From Phoronis australis (lineage: Eukaryota; Animalia; Phoronida), in contig NMRA01000184.1 of assembly GCA_002633005.1 (NCBI GenBank), positions 437,255-501,254 of the forward strand: DNA of 64,000 nucleotides. The letters are read 5' to 3'. Below, in pieces: positions 12,791 to 27,300 of this stretch (the first letter of the stretch is position 1; each line of letters starts with the position of its first letter). Made by a program: the position numbers and the translations under genes. The notes under the pieces were generated by a model that was not told the DNA's origin, made no database searches, and saw only the letters and a program-made list of their open reading frames with translations.

Positions 12791-15219
12791 TCTTAAGTCA
12801 CTGGTGGCTTCGATTTTTTTGTTGGAAACAGAAATATCACAGCACAAACTATTACAAAATTGATTTTATGAGAGTACAAAGTCCAATTCCATTTTTCATT
12901 TTTAACCAGCTAAATAGGACAAAATGCAGCTTTACGCTTTAGTAGCAGAAGCCCTACTTCTTCAGAGTTGAATGGTAGGCTGTCAGTGTAGATATTATCA
13001 GGTTTATGTACCACCTAATTACAGCCACATAAACAGCTTCAGACAATCATACAGTGTTCTCAAGAAACATTATTTTTCATTTCAGTTGACAATGCTTCAC
13101 TTGCTACATTATAAACTGCTGTTATTACTATCGTGAGTAATTGTCAGCCTCTCATCCTGTGTCCGGGCAGAACAGCTCAAGACGAATAAAATCAACGGTA
13201 ATTCGAATCCAAAACATTTAACTTGGATTATCACCTGTCTATTCGAATCACAGGCAAAACCAGGTCATGGTTAATAGGTGACTAACCGCCAGAGGTGAGA
13301 CATCAAATACATGAGATCATAAAGCGCTAATCTCAGTCGGTGCAACCAAGATGCAATCAATAGATTCATAACAACAAGAGGCGAGAGAGAAGTCATACAA
13401 GTGCACGGTGGCGGCAACCATACGATCTCCAGTGGACGATGACTAATAGAGATCAACTTCAATCCAAGGCGCAATTATGTAATGGATTTTAGGTAGCTCT
13501 CAGAGGACATGTTGTATCTCACGGGTACTTTGTATGGGGCTAGTTGGCAGCTATCGATCTGGAAAGATTTGAGTCAGAGAGCTGGAGTGATCATCGCAGC
13601 AATATTAAAAAACTAAGTGTGCCACCAGAAAAAAATTGAAAACAACACTATGCTATTACGAACCCAAACAACTGGCATCAAGCAATGGGAGTAGGAGGCC
13701 CCTTGACCTGACCTCCTTTATTTTTGAAAACACTCAAAATTACAAATTTTGCTTAGTCCGTAATTGAGAAATGTGCTGGGTTTTCATTAAGCGCATTTGT
13801 ACACTGATATAACACTTGCTGGAGTGCTATATCTGGTGAATGACTTGTACAATTATATACAAAAGTGTTAAAGTCATTATTAGTATAATTATTAGTATAA
13901 TTATTATTGCCATTGTTATTATGTATATTATCACGGCTCATACTGAAGCGCTGTTTTCATGACCAGGGTCACATTATTATGACAAACTTTAAAACAATAA
14001 ACATCCTTTTGGCAACATAATAAATCTGTCATCATGTTTGCTTGAGATATCATCTTTGAGCAGTCGTAAAATTTCCAAAATTCACTAGAAAACAACAGCG
14101 GCAAACAGATTATCTAAACAAAACCTGCAGCGTCAGATCCAAGAAAACCAGCCGCAAAAACGCACCTCATAAACAGACATGGAAGTTTCATTGACCGCAA
14201 GTCGCGGGAGATATGCAGGCCAATATAAACCAGGGGCAGGAGTAGGTGGGAAAAGTACCACTCAAGGGTGCTACAAGTGTCTCTTAATCACCTCCCTTAG
14301 CCATAAATGGCCAGATGACAAACACGTTACTACGAACAATCTCGAAGAAGATTCCCAGAACAACAAGCCAGTCAAAAGCAACATTCTTCCATCACCGAAT
14401 GACCACCCTGGAAACTGAGTGGATGGCGGAAACCGCAAGTGGTCAATTGACAATATCTGCGAAACTCAGATTTTCAAGAAAAACATTCAGATAAAAGGTA
14501 GAGGGCTGCAACTGATCCATCTTCACTTAATACCTTACACAAACAATTGATGTAACTTATTTAGTCAGGTTCCTGTTATACCACACTAGGGACCAGTATG
14601 GTACCATCTTTGACAACTAGCTCAAGTGCTGATGACAGATTTATTGCTGAAATTCCATACAGCACACTGGACAACAATGTCTGTGGGTTGCAAGGCTTTC
14701 CAAATGAAGCCATAAAAGTTTGGTTTATCAAAGGGGCAAGGATAGATTAGCCAGTTTATGATGGAATGGTCTGTAAATAATATTGGCGGTTTCTCGACTT
14801 CCCAGAAGCGTGTTAATTTTTGCGGCTCTTAAAACTGTGTTTTCGTGGAAGTGAAATGTAACCGGTAGTGTTTTGAGTCATTTGCGAGCGAGTTGGACGA
14901 TCAATTGTTGAGAATTCAAAACTACCTATGCCAACACAACCAGCCAAAATGTACAATGGCGTAACAATGTTTTGGTCCTGTCAAAACCATCCAGTTTAAA
15001 ATCACTAAACAAATACAACTATCTGACTGACCAATGCGTAACACATTGTAACGTCATAATTGTGGCACCTTACGGTACATATCCATGACCAATGGAAGAC
15101 ACTGAACCTTGTCAGAAAAAGGTGAAATATTCATTTTTGACTTGAGACAAGTGACATTTTCCTATAAAATCAATCTACTTCTCAAAGATGCAACTGATTT
15201 GTTTAACATCCTAGACAAA

Positions 15220-15725
15220 AGTCCAAATCATATTAACTTATGAACATATTTCGGAAACAGACAAAGGAATTCAAATCAAACTTTCATATAAGCCTACCAT
15301 AATTCATACGTTATTCTCCAAAATGATACTAGACTAGGCACTGTTTTTAAATTGTTCCACTGTTTCATGAGAAATTATCAAAAACTGGGGCAATTATCAT
15401 TTTTATGAAAAACTCAAATTTGCACAAAACGAAATACTTTATAAAACCGTAACAGCATTTTTAACACTTCATCTCGGAACATTTACATCAAAGAAATTTG
15501 GTCAAACAGTTATTGATATTGTTTTGCAATAGATGTACCTTATTCGCTAAACTTTTACTAAAAACATATAGTCATGTGACCCAATTAATGACAAATACGT
15601 TTGAAGACAAAAATTAAAGTCTACATGCTTTCTACGTTCAGAAAATATGTAGTATTAAAGACTTAACTTTAATAGTTTTGAAGATATTTTGCTAAATACA
15701 CTGCCCAATAAAGTCTTGCATAAGC
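15220..15725 (+). mobile_element. Copy of the about 500-bp TTAA-type family
   Basis: CTCCAAAATG, ATGAAAAACTCAAA, ATTTGGTCA, GTGACCCAATTAATG, TTCAGAAAATAT; followed by TTAA. Left edge approximate. Confidence 0.6.
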
Positions 15726-18220
15726 TTAATGACCAAAACATTAAGGAGCTTTGTATTTGGAAATATTTAAATTTCAATGTCCAAAATACACATTTTTACA
15801 GAGTGTGATACAAAATTCATTATATCTTAATAGTCCACTTGCAAATATCTCTAAATGGCATAAATTCCCATTTCAGCCATGAACTTATGAATATAACGCC
15901 TTGGAAACAAATGATAAAAAAACAGCAGTAAGTGCGGAAATGCTGAAATGTTACTTAAACTGTAAGCAATGCTGAATTAAAAAATATACGTCATTTGAAT
16001 GGTAGTTTAACCATTTGGCATATCAGTTCAACAGATCTAGCAAATTACAAAATAAATTACCGCATACATTCCCGAAAAAAAATGTGACGATATTCTAACT
16101 CAATTCAGGACTGGGAATTAAAATAGTTGCACCCAATGAAACAAATCTGACCTTAACTTTGGAAAATAATACTGTACATCTACCTGGGGTTTTACAGGTA
16201 ATCACCTCTTGTAAATTAACCAGTGCAGAGGGCCTCAGGGAAGCTTGGGAACCTTCTTGTCATTTGAGTAGTGAGTAAGTACCGAAACAGTTAATCCTTG
16301 AATTGCATCATGACTTACTGTGCAGTTATGTCTATGACCAGGAGAGGGTCTACAATGAGGTACAAAATGAGGAAGAACTTGTGATTAAGAAACTATGTAT
16401 GCTTTAGGTATCAGTGCATCCGGAGACAAAATGGAGACTTTTGACCTTTTTGGATAAAAGATAATCTCGCGTTTTAAATCACAAAAAGAATTAAGAAATA
16501 AAACAAACAGCATAGGCAGAAATTTTTTCTATTAGGCACAAAATATGGTGGACACGGGAAATTTCATTTTGTCAAAGTCACAAAAAATGACATTTTAGTA
16601 AATTTTCTGCTTTTACTATACTTTCTGTAAAATTGTGAGTATTCATAGCGACGTAAAAGCCTCCAAATAAAGGAAAATACCAATTTAGCAATTATTTATC
16701 TCCCAAACTGAAGATTTTGTAATGGTAATCTAGACGATCACGGCATGCATTAGAAGCAATGATGTCAAATAAATCACTTAATAGGCTTAATTTTTTCTTA
16801 AAACTGTAAGCACTGTGAACTTTTCAATAAAAGCATGAGAGGTCAATTGTTCCGAAAAGACGTTTTCCAAAAATGTTTAAAGCGACTAACAACTGCATCA
16901 CACCCAAGCCATTTACTGCTACAAAACCGGTCTCAACTTGTTCCTTGCTCAGATAAGGAACGAATTCTAAGCTTGCAAGCATGCTCAGTGCACAAAATAA
17001 CACACCATTGTAGAGCCTGGGATCTGCATCATGAAAAGTGACTACAGATTGAAGTCAGAAGTTTCAAGGGCAGGGGAAGGGGTTGGCACTGAGGCAAATG
17101 AGTAATGGTATTTTATTTGGCCAATATTTTATATTGTCTTAGATACTGGCTGATGCTCATTCAACCATGTTCAGTCTGGTCTCCAGGGGGTAACAACAGT
17201 TTACAATCTTGCCAACTACCATACATACAAGTGTCAATGGGTGAACTGGTTTCCCCAGACACAATAGACTGGTGCCAGAGAACAGGTCTAGCCACAAAGT
17301 CATTCAGAGTGGTCACGACCACAGGTTGTCAAATTATGCCTGGTAATTACCTCCCATGCGGTCAAAATCGTCACCAGAGATTTTATGCACATCACAGTTG
17401 ATTCCGAAAATATTCTTGAAAACAGATGGTGTTGGAAACCATCCGTCATTTGAAATCCCTAGTTAGACAATGTCAATTAATATAATAATGTACTGAATGC
17501 CAATTACTGGCACATAATTGGATTTGCGTCTATTATTCAACTATTCCTACTCTGGAGCTGGTACATTTGTATAATGTCAACATTGTCTCTGGTGAATATA
17601 TATAGGATAAAGAATGACTGAATCTCTGCTATACTAGCGACAACATTACCTTTTCGTAATAACATGCCGGTGTTTTGAAGTCTGAGTCATTGGCAATGCA
17701 CACAAAATTTCATAATTTCAAAAAGTTCCACAACTTGACTTAAACAAACGCTGAGTACAAGCTTTCACACTGATCTAAAGATATTTTGTCAATAATACTG
17801 AAACAGGATTTAAACATGGAAGCACTTTAGCTTGTAGCTGCAAAAGTTAAAGACAAATCAAAAGTCAAGAAGCAATAAAAAATAATTAATCAATCTTTAT
17901 TCGAATAACATATCTGTCCGAAAAATGCTTTTGTTTCAATTTATTTACTTCAGTATTATATTTGATTTTTACACAAACTTCACAAGACAACGTAAACCAG
18001 TGCTTGTAATTATTGAATTTGATTAAATGAACAAGCCTATGTTCTTGAAAATCGAAAGTGTTACACTGTTGTTCAGAATGAAATGATGCTAATGGATTAA
18101 TTGCGATAATTAATGGAATGAAGGCTGATTCACCGATGAAAAATTAAATTAATAAATAGATTTGACTATGCATATTACAGCGCTCCATTTAAATTATGAA
18201 AATATTAAGTGGAGACCCCT

Positions 18221-18404
18221 ATTACTGCTATTCAAGAACACGCCAGAGATGTACATCACCAGATCTCTGATGAGAACTTCAGTATAGTGAGTCTAAGAGA
18301 AATGGAAGCGGAGGGTACAGGAAGCAATTAAGATCCAAGTCCACAGACCAAGTCTGAAGGGAGATCCTGGACTTGATCTACCTGCAGTGTATTCAGATCT
18401 GTGA
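18221..18404 (+). mobile_element. Penelope-like retroelement remnant (C-terminal part of the GIY-YIG endonuclease), frameshifted
   Basis: Translates as ITAIQEHARDVHHQISDENFSIVSLRE / KWKRRVQEAIKIQVHRPSLKGDPGLDLPAVYSDL*, matching the PLE pattern SAIxEH...H.I...N.sI....R.v.EAI.I...PSLN.D.G..L...Y. Confidence 0.8.
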
Positions 18405-19693
18405 CGGCATTAGGGAATCCCCAGTAGTGTTTTCATTGTTTCATTCTACGACAAAGGGCGCACCCGGTGGTGAATCAAGTTTGTGAGATCTGGATGAAAT
18501 GGCTGCATACTTACCATATCAAGGTAAGGTTCTTTGGTTCCAAAAGGGATCTTCACTTAATATTTTCGTTAAATAGATTTGTTTTACCACTGAGCATGAG
18601 TGCCAAACATTTAACATGACCTTCAGCTCACGAGTTTTGTTCCTATTAGTATAGAGCTCCTCAGCCAAGATGAGTAAGACCCGACCAATTAGAAATGGCC
18701 TTTGTTTAAGAATTAGGAATATCACAAGCATTGTATGGATTAACAAGAGCGAAAACTCAAAACACTTTTGGTGAATTTTAAATCTAGCAGAGGCTAATAC
18801 AACACAAATTTCCAATTTCTGGAAAGTGAAACTAGCCAAAACTCATGTCTTATGTGAACATTTACAAGCTTAATACAAAATCCCAATGCATCTCAGCATC
18901 CACTAATTTCGAAACCTGTGTTACTTCAATTCATAAGACATAACTGGCGATCATAACACATTGTTGTATCTATGTGTACAGACGTTTGTATCTTTAACAC
19001 ATCATTAAGATTGATTGCCTTAAGCACCATTATGCCCCAGATATGCTCAGTGATATTAAAGATTATCAGCTAGTAAAACTAATAACAGTAGCATGAGTTG
19101 TGAAAGTGAATACATTATGCACCCACAGACAGTTGGTAACATTTTCACAATAACCATAATCAGTGTTTTCTCAAATAGCTTTAGTGTTGGGTACAACCAA
19201 TGAAAGATTTTGATCGCACAACTTGCTCAAGCTACAGGTGGAATTCTTGTAGTTATGTCCCTTGTCAACAAGTAGTAGGACAAGGGGAGATTACAAATAG
19301 ACAGAGCTAATGTAGCGACATCTATTGGTCAAGTTTACAGTAGCTTATAAGATTGAAGCACTTCAACACTGAAGCTGAGTGAATAAAGAGGTATTGAACA
19401 CATGCTGATAGTACACTTTACCCATTTCAAATTTCAATATCAAAAATATCAATAAAATTGTGATGTGCTTCAAGAGTTGAAAATCCACTTTTATTTTTTG
19501 TAATTTTCATAGATGTAATAATAAATTGTCTAGGTGGCCTTTATTTTCTGCCCTTCCAGGAGCCAACTAAAACCCCTGCACTGTGATTTTGTTTAAATGT
19601 CTTTACATTATGATTCTCCCTCTCCCGCCTCCTTCCCTTCTCCACTAAAAAAGTTAAATAAGTTGAAATGAGTCACCTCTTTAGCAATGTCTG

Positions 19694-19833
19694 CAGTGGC
19701 AGATTCAGGGCGGGGAGGAGCAAAACCTCTCCCAGATTCCATTTGGCAGTTGGGAGTGCGAATGTCTTGACGGCAAAATTCTGATAAATACTCTGCCCTG
19801 GCCCCCCAACTCAAAATCCTGGATCTGCCCCTG
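19694..19833. mobile_element. Short hAT-like MITE
   Basis: Ends CAGTGGCAGATTCAG / CTGGATCTGCCCCTG. The 3' end recurs at about 36807-36838 (ccccccaactcaaaatcttggatctgcccctg). No clear TSD. Confidence 0.6.
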
Positions 19834-20521
19834 GTTTATTAATGTTCTCCTATTTACCAGAGATGAGACATTTCTCTGGGGCACCTAGATGACTTTAAAG
19901 AGGCTTCAAAACAGTACATGTGATTTTAAATTGAAGTGGAAAATGTAACGCGCATAAGTATTAACCACTGGTTGAAATAATTACAATTTCCATATAGCGT
20001 AGTTGTTCAAGTTAACTACCATAATTTGCAAACCTTAAAACTGAAAACAAGTAGTTCTGGCATTAACCAGATCACAAATATGAAATCTGGCATAGCACTC
20101 AGTAACAGTTGATGACAGTGCAATTCAATCAAACACTTTTATTTCATGTAACGATAGGCAAACTAAAATAGAACTACCCAGGGTAACTTTGCATTGTTAT
20201 CAGGTATTCATTACTGACAATGTTTAAGAACAAAAAGTTGAAATGATCGACAATAACCACATGATACACCACTAAATTCGTCTCAAGAATGAAAAATTCA
20301 CAAATCAAATTATTCCAGGATTTAAAATGGATGTGATTATGAAAACATGTTTATGAGAACGGCTGCGTTTATTACAACACAAGCTACATGCTGTATAGTA
20401 ACATCGAATGCTGACATTGTGCAAAACCCAAACTACTCCACTAGATATATTATCAACTCAGCCCCTCATCATCTAACAGTGAATACACCTACATGCACAA
20501 CATGTCATAAATTCATTTCAG

Positions 20522-21210
20522 CTTCACTGGAAGGACAAAGACAAGAAGCAGTACAGATACCCGCCCAGCTTTTGGAGAAGATTCCTACGGCAATGAATCA
20601 TGGCGACTACGTGACGGAAGGTGTGGGAGACTTTGTGCACAAACAGTTTGAGTGGTGTAACTTCACTTTCCACTACAAAGACACAACTCGAGATTTCTTT
20701 GACAACCACCCTTCTTGCTGGTGTGGCTGATTTTCACAGCCACGTACCAGATTAATTGGGTGGTGAAGTCAGCAACTGTGCCTTACGAGGAAGGAGATTA
20801 TGAGGAAGAAGAAATCTACGAGGAAGAAGAAATCACCAAGAGCTGGATATGGCCTTTCCTTTCCACCAACTGACACGAGTTGATAATTGGACTCTACTTA
20901 GCTACTGGCTCTCATCTCATTCTGCATGGCCCATGTAAGAGACAAGCATGTCGGCCCAAAGCCGCCACCATCAAATTTGGAACAAGAAGTTGAGCAGGAC
21001 AAAAATGATATGCCACCTAATGACATGATCACTGATGTGTAAGACCGTGTGGCCAAAGAATAGAGCAGTGACGTTGTCATTGACATTAGAGGAAGAAGAT
21101 GCTCAAGAGAAAACTTTAGTAGAGAGCAAGCACACATACAGGAAGATGACCCTAAAAAGGATGGGTCAAAAGCATCACCGAAGGTCCCACCAGTGTGTTT
21201 ATCTTGACCA
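20522..21210 (+). pseudogene. Possible decayed coding exon or pseudogene of a single-pass membrane protein
   Basis: Follows acceptor ttcatttcag. Protein-like segments broken by stops and frameshifts: ...FEWCNFTFHYKDTTRDFFDNHPSCWCG*, VPYEEGDYEEEEIYEEEEITKSWIWPF, hydrophobic LIIGLYL/LLALISFCMA, then charged RDKHVGPKPPPSNLEQEVEQDKND. Family not recognised. Confidence 0.3.
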
Positions 21211-21849
21211 AGGGCCACATCCCAAAGGAACAATGGTTTTAAATATTTTCGCTATTTCATTTTTAATACTCCTGTGTACTTACCAAGAACGGGTTGATAT
21301 CTTTTTATTATATTTTTGAACTTGAAGTACCAAAGCAGTGGTAGATTTTGATCGCCGGCGAAACTTGATTAGTCTAATTAATTGTGAACCCATCCCTGAG
21401 CTATCCACATTAGGATTACGCTGAACATTTCACAGCGAACAAAATTACACGTAACATGAGTTCAAGTTTAATCTGTATTAGAATTCAAATCATTAAATAT
21501 ATAGCAAAGTGGAAATATGGTGATTGCCAAATTGAAGATTTGGAATCTCTGGACAATTTTGGTTGCACTGACCACATATCAGTATTCTAGCTTTTTGTCG
21601 GTCATAAAACATGAAGAGTGGGCACAACAGTTAAGTACAACTATTTCCTAGTAAAAACTCTGGTTGAACGAGATTGAAAGAATATTAAAAGAATAACCCA
21701 TGGGATATTTTTAACTGTGATCAGCGTTAGTAAATCCAACAAGCATATCAATAGACACGGTCGTTTATCTTCAATCATACCCTTCGGTTGTAGTTTTTAG
21801 CTTATCGATTTTTAAAAATTGAAAACTTAACTTGATTGGTTTTGCCAGC

Positions 21850-22290
21850 TGAATACCGCCATGGTGTTCCTTTTTAACGAAAATTATAGGTTAATGCATT
21901 TTGAAAATTCGCCATTATGAACAGGCAGAGATGTTTACTACAGCCTACGGTTGGGTAATAACATTTAATTTGGTCTCGCTCCGGACAATGCCGCCCGCTA
22001 TCACAACTGTATCCGACTCCGGCGCTTCGCTCTCTTTGATCCTGGTAAAAGCCGCTCAGAAGGAAGAGCGGTGAAAATTCCCGCATATCTTTAGAAATGC
22101 GTAACTTCCTTGTAAGCGTATTATTCACGGCATGAAGGTCTAGTTCCTGACAAGTGGATTCAGCGAAACTTACAGCACCTATGACAGCATGTTCAATATC
22201 ACCTTCCTGTTCCTGTTCATAGAGCTATTTTGGTTTTCTCTGGCATTTGCACAGTTACAGCCTGAAACGTCGAAAGTATGGTTTTGATTT
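21850..22290. repeat. Dispersed repeat with partial copies at about 22680-22815 and 30010-30310
   Basis: Shared blocks CTACAG(C/T)(C/T)TA(C/T)GG..GGGT.AT...TTAATT.GGTCT, AATTCCCGCATATCT.TAGAAATG.GTA...TATTCAC..CATGA and CATTTGCACAG. Confidence 0.65.
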
Positions 22291-23912
22291 AGTACATATT
22301 AAATATTATAAAATAACTAAAAAAATAACTTGAGTTCACCTTGACAAAGAGACATTTCCCAAACGACCTTTAGTTTTAAACATGTTTCACAACAGTTTTC
22401 GCCATTTTATTATTAGTACTGAAGTCTACTTTGTTTCGTTTCCCACTGAGTTGCTTTTTGATTTTAAGTTTAATATTGAAGTGCTAAAACAGTGGCAGAT
22501 TTTGATTAGCTCTCACCCACTGAATCACCTCATCTATTACTTGAATTTTCTCATTCACTTTGCTAGCCATAGTTACCTTCACAACACGTGTTTCATCGCC
22601 ATCTGACTACCGAATATTAGTTTACCGGTTAACATGCTACTTCTTGTATAATACTGTGTTGTTTTTTTCCAGTTGAACACCGCCATAATGGCTATTTTTA
22701 ACAAAAAAGCTACTTATTGCTTTATGCATTTTGAACATTTGCCAGCGTATACTGGAAGAGATGTTTACTACAGTTTATGGCCGGGTTATTTAGTCTTAAT
22801 TAGGTCTTGTTCCCATAATAAGCGTACTTGGTGAGAGTTTATTGCAAGATAAGTAAACCTAATAAGAAATAAACTAGAATAGGCATCTGTGTTCCATAGA
22901 TGCAAGATCAGGCAAGTCTTCATGACGCACCACAAGCAAAGCCTGAGGCGGTCAAACTGGCTTTTCTCCCAAGTGTCTTGGGTCTACAGAACTCATCCCA
23001 AAATCGACATCAAACATGGCATTTAATTAAGAATAACTTATGTCAATCAAAAATCTCTCAATCAGAAAGCCAAAACAGGGTACAACTGCACCAAGGCAAT
23101 GCAGTCCACACCAAATACCATAACACTTCACATAGAAGCCCAAGGTTCAAGATCTAATCCTTGCACTTTAAACTGAGTTTGAAATTATTTTTTGATATTT
23201 TCCTTTCTACAAACTCACGATTAGTGTCTATTATTCTGTACTTGAGTACATTATGGTTTATGTGGGTGACTGTCTAATCACAATTTGTACTTGTGACCAC
23301 AACACATTTTCTGGTGACTACTGTGTTCTTTGAGCACTCGTGAAGTCCCCAGCTTTGGAAAATTGTTCAACATGATAAGATTCCAACTTAAATGAGTGAT
23401 CCTGAGCTGTTTATTAAATCAATATCTCAATAATAGTCTTCAAAACACAAAAATAAGTCAAAATTTTGTAAGACACCTAATGGTGCAAAATTGGTCTTAG
23501 AAGCGAATCGAAGTGGACCTTGGCATATCAATATCAAAATCGGTCGCTCCCATATCATGATTCGATTAGAATTCTACTCCACTGCACCCTAACTATTACA
23601 TCTAAATCAATGAAGTGGATAACGTAATGAGCAGTTACTAAATCTCAGTCTTTCAAATGTTGTGATTTAACTTAACAGAAGACCCAACTGTGTTAATTTT
23701 CTTGTTGAAAAACACCGAGTATTTTAGTTAAATAGAATTTTTGTAAATTAGGCCTGTGTTGTTCACCAATGTTTATGATCAGGCAAGATCACACTAAACC
23801 AAACCTAGCAAACAGGGATTGGAGTCTTATAGGCTCACACCACTCTGCTCAGGTTCAGGCCTGGGCTGAAAGTACACCAGTTCCCAGAGAAATGTGTGCA
23901 ACAAGAATTTTA

Positions 23913-24084
23913 CTAACTGTTACCTGCTGTCTCTCCTCCCGCATTCCACCTGCCCTGGAGCGTGCTCAGTGACCTCTCCTGCATCTTGACCCGGGTCAGG
24001 TGCTTGACCCCCTGCAGGTGGGCATCGAGCTGGTCCTGTGATGTGACTGTGACGCTACATATGCTGCACATGAACTTGATTAGC
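23913..24084 (-). CDS. Coding exon of the ZMAT3/4-like gene (ZF3); probably the last coding exon
   Basis: Acceptor tcttatttcttctcag|G at 24084 (phase 2; AA+G = Lys, in frame). Encodes FMCSICSVTVTSQDQLDAHLQGVKHLTRVK. Reads to TAG at 23915-23913, or could splice at G|gtaac after 23924. Confidence 0.88.
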
Positions 24085-24160
24085 CTGAGAAGAAATAAGA
24101 AGAATGGGTACAGGGAGGGTTCATTCAAGGGAAACACTTCCATTGGTTTATTTGAATATA

Positions 24161-24372
24161 ACGTAAACTCGCGGGTAAACGCCCATGCCCGGGTAATCGC
24201 CCATCCCTGACTTTTGGTCAATTTTCCGTTTAAGCTCCCATTGCTTGAGAAATCGCCCATCCCCTACTTAGTGCTAATTTCCCCATAAGCGCCCACCTCT
24301 CGGATAATCGCTCATCCCCCCGTCTCAGGGTTTCCCAATTTAAGAGCCCGGGGCATTAAACTGCGAGCTTAC
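24161..24372. mobile_element. About 210-bp degenerate mariner-type MITE related to 8597-9988
   Basis: Imperfect TIR CGTAAACTCGCGGGTAAACGCCC versus GGGCATTAAACTGCGAGCTTACA; internal TAAxCGCCCA motifs like those of the 8597 element. Confidence 0.55.
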
Positions 24373-27300
24373 AAAATGTATACCGGGTTAAAATGCAGCC
24401 CAATACAAAAGCAGATCAGAGATCTGTCCAGTGATGAAAGCACGCTTTCTTATAGTCCGACTCCAAATCAGACAGCAGATCACACTTCAAACAGTGAGAA
24501 ACCTATGTTTCGGTAACCTGTGGCTGGGCTCTGGCTGCCCACTGTGATCACATGTTTAAGGCCAGAATATCAACATTTTGCACAGAACTGTTATGCCAAC
24601 TTCATAAAAATCTCACCAATTTTGGACACATGGCGAACGAGTAAAATTTAATTCCCTCTCTTTTATCTTGTAGCTGATTATGAATTAATTAACAGATGAC
24701 AACAGCTGAGTTGGAAAATGACCATTTACGGAAAATAAGTCAATCATATCCCATATGTTACGAGACAGAAGCATGAACCATGAGTATTTCCAAGACTATA
24801 CCTTTCAAATCATTTTTGGGGGTCATAGCAACAGCACCAGATAGTTGATTGCATCAGCAAATGAAAAGACACATTCATTGCTTTCTTAACTAAGTCAAAA
24901 ACATAAAGCGTGTGATCACCATAGCTGAGCACAGACGGACATCCTAAGAAGTCACGTATGTGTTGGATATCATTCACACAATCTAACAGTCCGTTGAAAA
25001 TATGTTAAGTATCACTAAACATTATCAAGCATTTTTTTACTTAAGACACTAAATCTTGACAGAAAAGATCATTACTATTATACTCCACAGACACCAACAG
25101 CAGATTGTCAAAGAAATTATGACGTTCATCACGAACATAAAAAGAACATATATCATGGAATGACATCAACCTGCGCAGTAGATCACTTATAACTACATGA
25201 ATGCTTACAATCACTAAAAAATAGCTCTATTTTGAGCACTTGCCATGTATGGGTCAGGCAATATTAAAAGGACATAACACTATGTTTTAGCTGAACCACA
25301 AACCTCACTTAATGGTGCATTTTGTCCTGTTTAGGTGGCTAAAAAAACAAAAATTTAGTGAATAGGCATTTTGCTCTCAGAATAATAGCCAGTAAAGGTT
25401 GTCAGCTTCAAAGAAGGGAGCAAGTTTGATAACTTGTAACAAAGTTCGTCAAAGATCGGCTGGCACATGGCAAAAAAGCAGTGTTTATCATTAGATAACC
25501 ACGGAGGACGTGTCTGATTGTCAAGAGGAATTCAAGTGCATTCATTGTGAACAATGCAATTTGTCTGATGAAGGCATTATCAACAAAATTGACAACAATT
25601 AACTAGAATGAATAGGGGCATTGGTGATATGCTAATAGCTCTGTGTTGGCTTGATCTAGCTGTATCGGCATTTGAAAATCGGGAGGGGGGGGGTGAAAAT
25701 TAAGAAAAATGGCAAGCTCTTTTGTTACTGTGGGCAAGGCAAAAGGTTTTGAGAAATTGTAATAATTAGCAGCCACAATACAGACGTCAAAGTAAACAGT
25801 GAAGGATTTCTCGTTCATTGCTGTTTAACTGTTGATGTCAAATGCACCAAGGTGATCTTTTCAGAATAATGAGAACATTTGAGCACGTCAACAACTGCAA
25901 ATAACAGAGAATGGTTGGACTACTGGACATGTGTTATTAATCAGTAAGCCAAGTAATGAAAATGATCTGATTATCTTCTGCCCTGTGCTTTGTACTACAA
26001 GGTCCCCGGGGATAATTTTAGAATTTAATTATGGGTCAGTTGACTCAAACCTATGGGCCAATTTAGAGAACTCGTGGCCCACATTAGTATTTTCTGTCCT
26101 TTTTCAATCGTTTTAGAGGAGAGGGGTGCACTTTAAGGATGTGATTTCCTCTGCTACTTTTCATTTCCATGGAAAAAATTATACAAGGACCTGAAAAGAG
26201 AGACAAAAAACCATCATAAATAATAAACACGTACATAATTTTTTTGGCTTACCACACAATATAAACAATAAATCAAAGTCTAGCCATGGGCCAATGATCC
26301 ACTGAGACATAAATCAATGAGACTGTTTAAAGATAGCCTCCAGCGACCAAAACACCCTTTTGACACCAAAAACACTAGTATTTTTTAATAAAATACTGTT
26401 TTTGTTTATAGCATACCACAAAAAGTAATTAATTGCAACATAAATTACACTGCCCATAATTCGTAGCCCCTTCGAGCACCCCAGAGAAATTCTCAATCAA
26501 TCACCGTAAAGTGGTACATAGGACATCATCGTGCCAATGAAATTTGCCCTAAGCCTCACTGCGCAACAGCTGAGTGTCACTTCTTGGACATAGGCTAGTT
26601 ATTGGTCTCTGAGCTAAAATACCACGTTACATGGTGTACAGGTGCAGCAATGTAAGCGGCAATGGCATACATTTGTACAACCTCCCCGCGTATCCCGTCA
26701 TGCGCCGTGTATGGGATAGATTCATGTCCACGACAAGGACTGACAACAAAATTTCCAATCAGCAAAATCTGTTCTAGCCTTGGTGCAAAGCTGCATACTA
26801 AATCTACAGCTTTGCGCCGATGTGGGTAAAAAATTGACCACATAAAATCTGACACAAAATCAGTGTCCTTAAAAGTGTCCAACTCTTTATCTGCTGCTAA
26901 AATTGTAGTGTGTAATGTTCTTGGCTTTCGGCGCCATCACCTATTTGCCAGTTCCCATCAATCAACTATTCTTCTCTTCCACAAGATTGCGTACATGTCA
27001 CTGGTTTCATTTTGTTACAAGTTTTTAGTACTTTAATAACAGCATACCAAATTTCAAAACAAATTTTGATGCTGCGAAGCTGTCATCATCTCCCGAGAGA
27101 TTGTCGTAAAATTTTAGGAAATGCACTTGTCACGAGTGTACTGTTTTCAAAATGACGACAGACTTTTCTTTGTTACAAAAAAGGATAATTGCGCAAAAAA
27201 TGTTTATTAGATTGTTTTCACTTAAACGGCTGTAACGGGCAAGGTGAATGTCAGTTGACTCCCAAATTTGGCATGCACCCTTGCCGGTCGTCTACATGTT

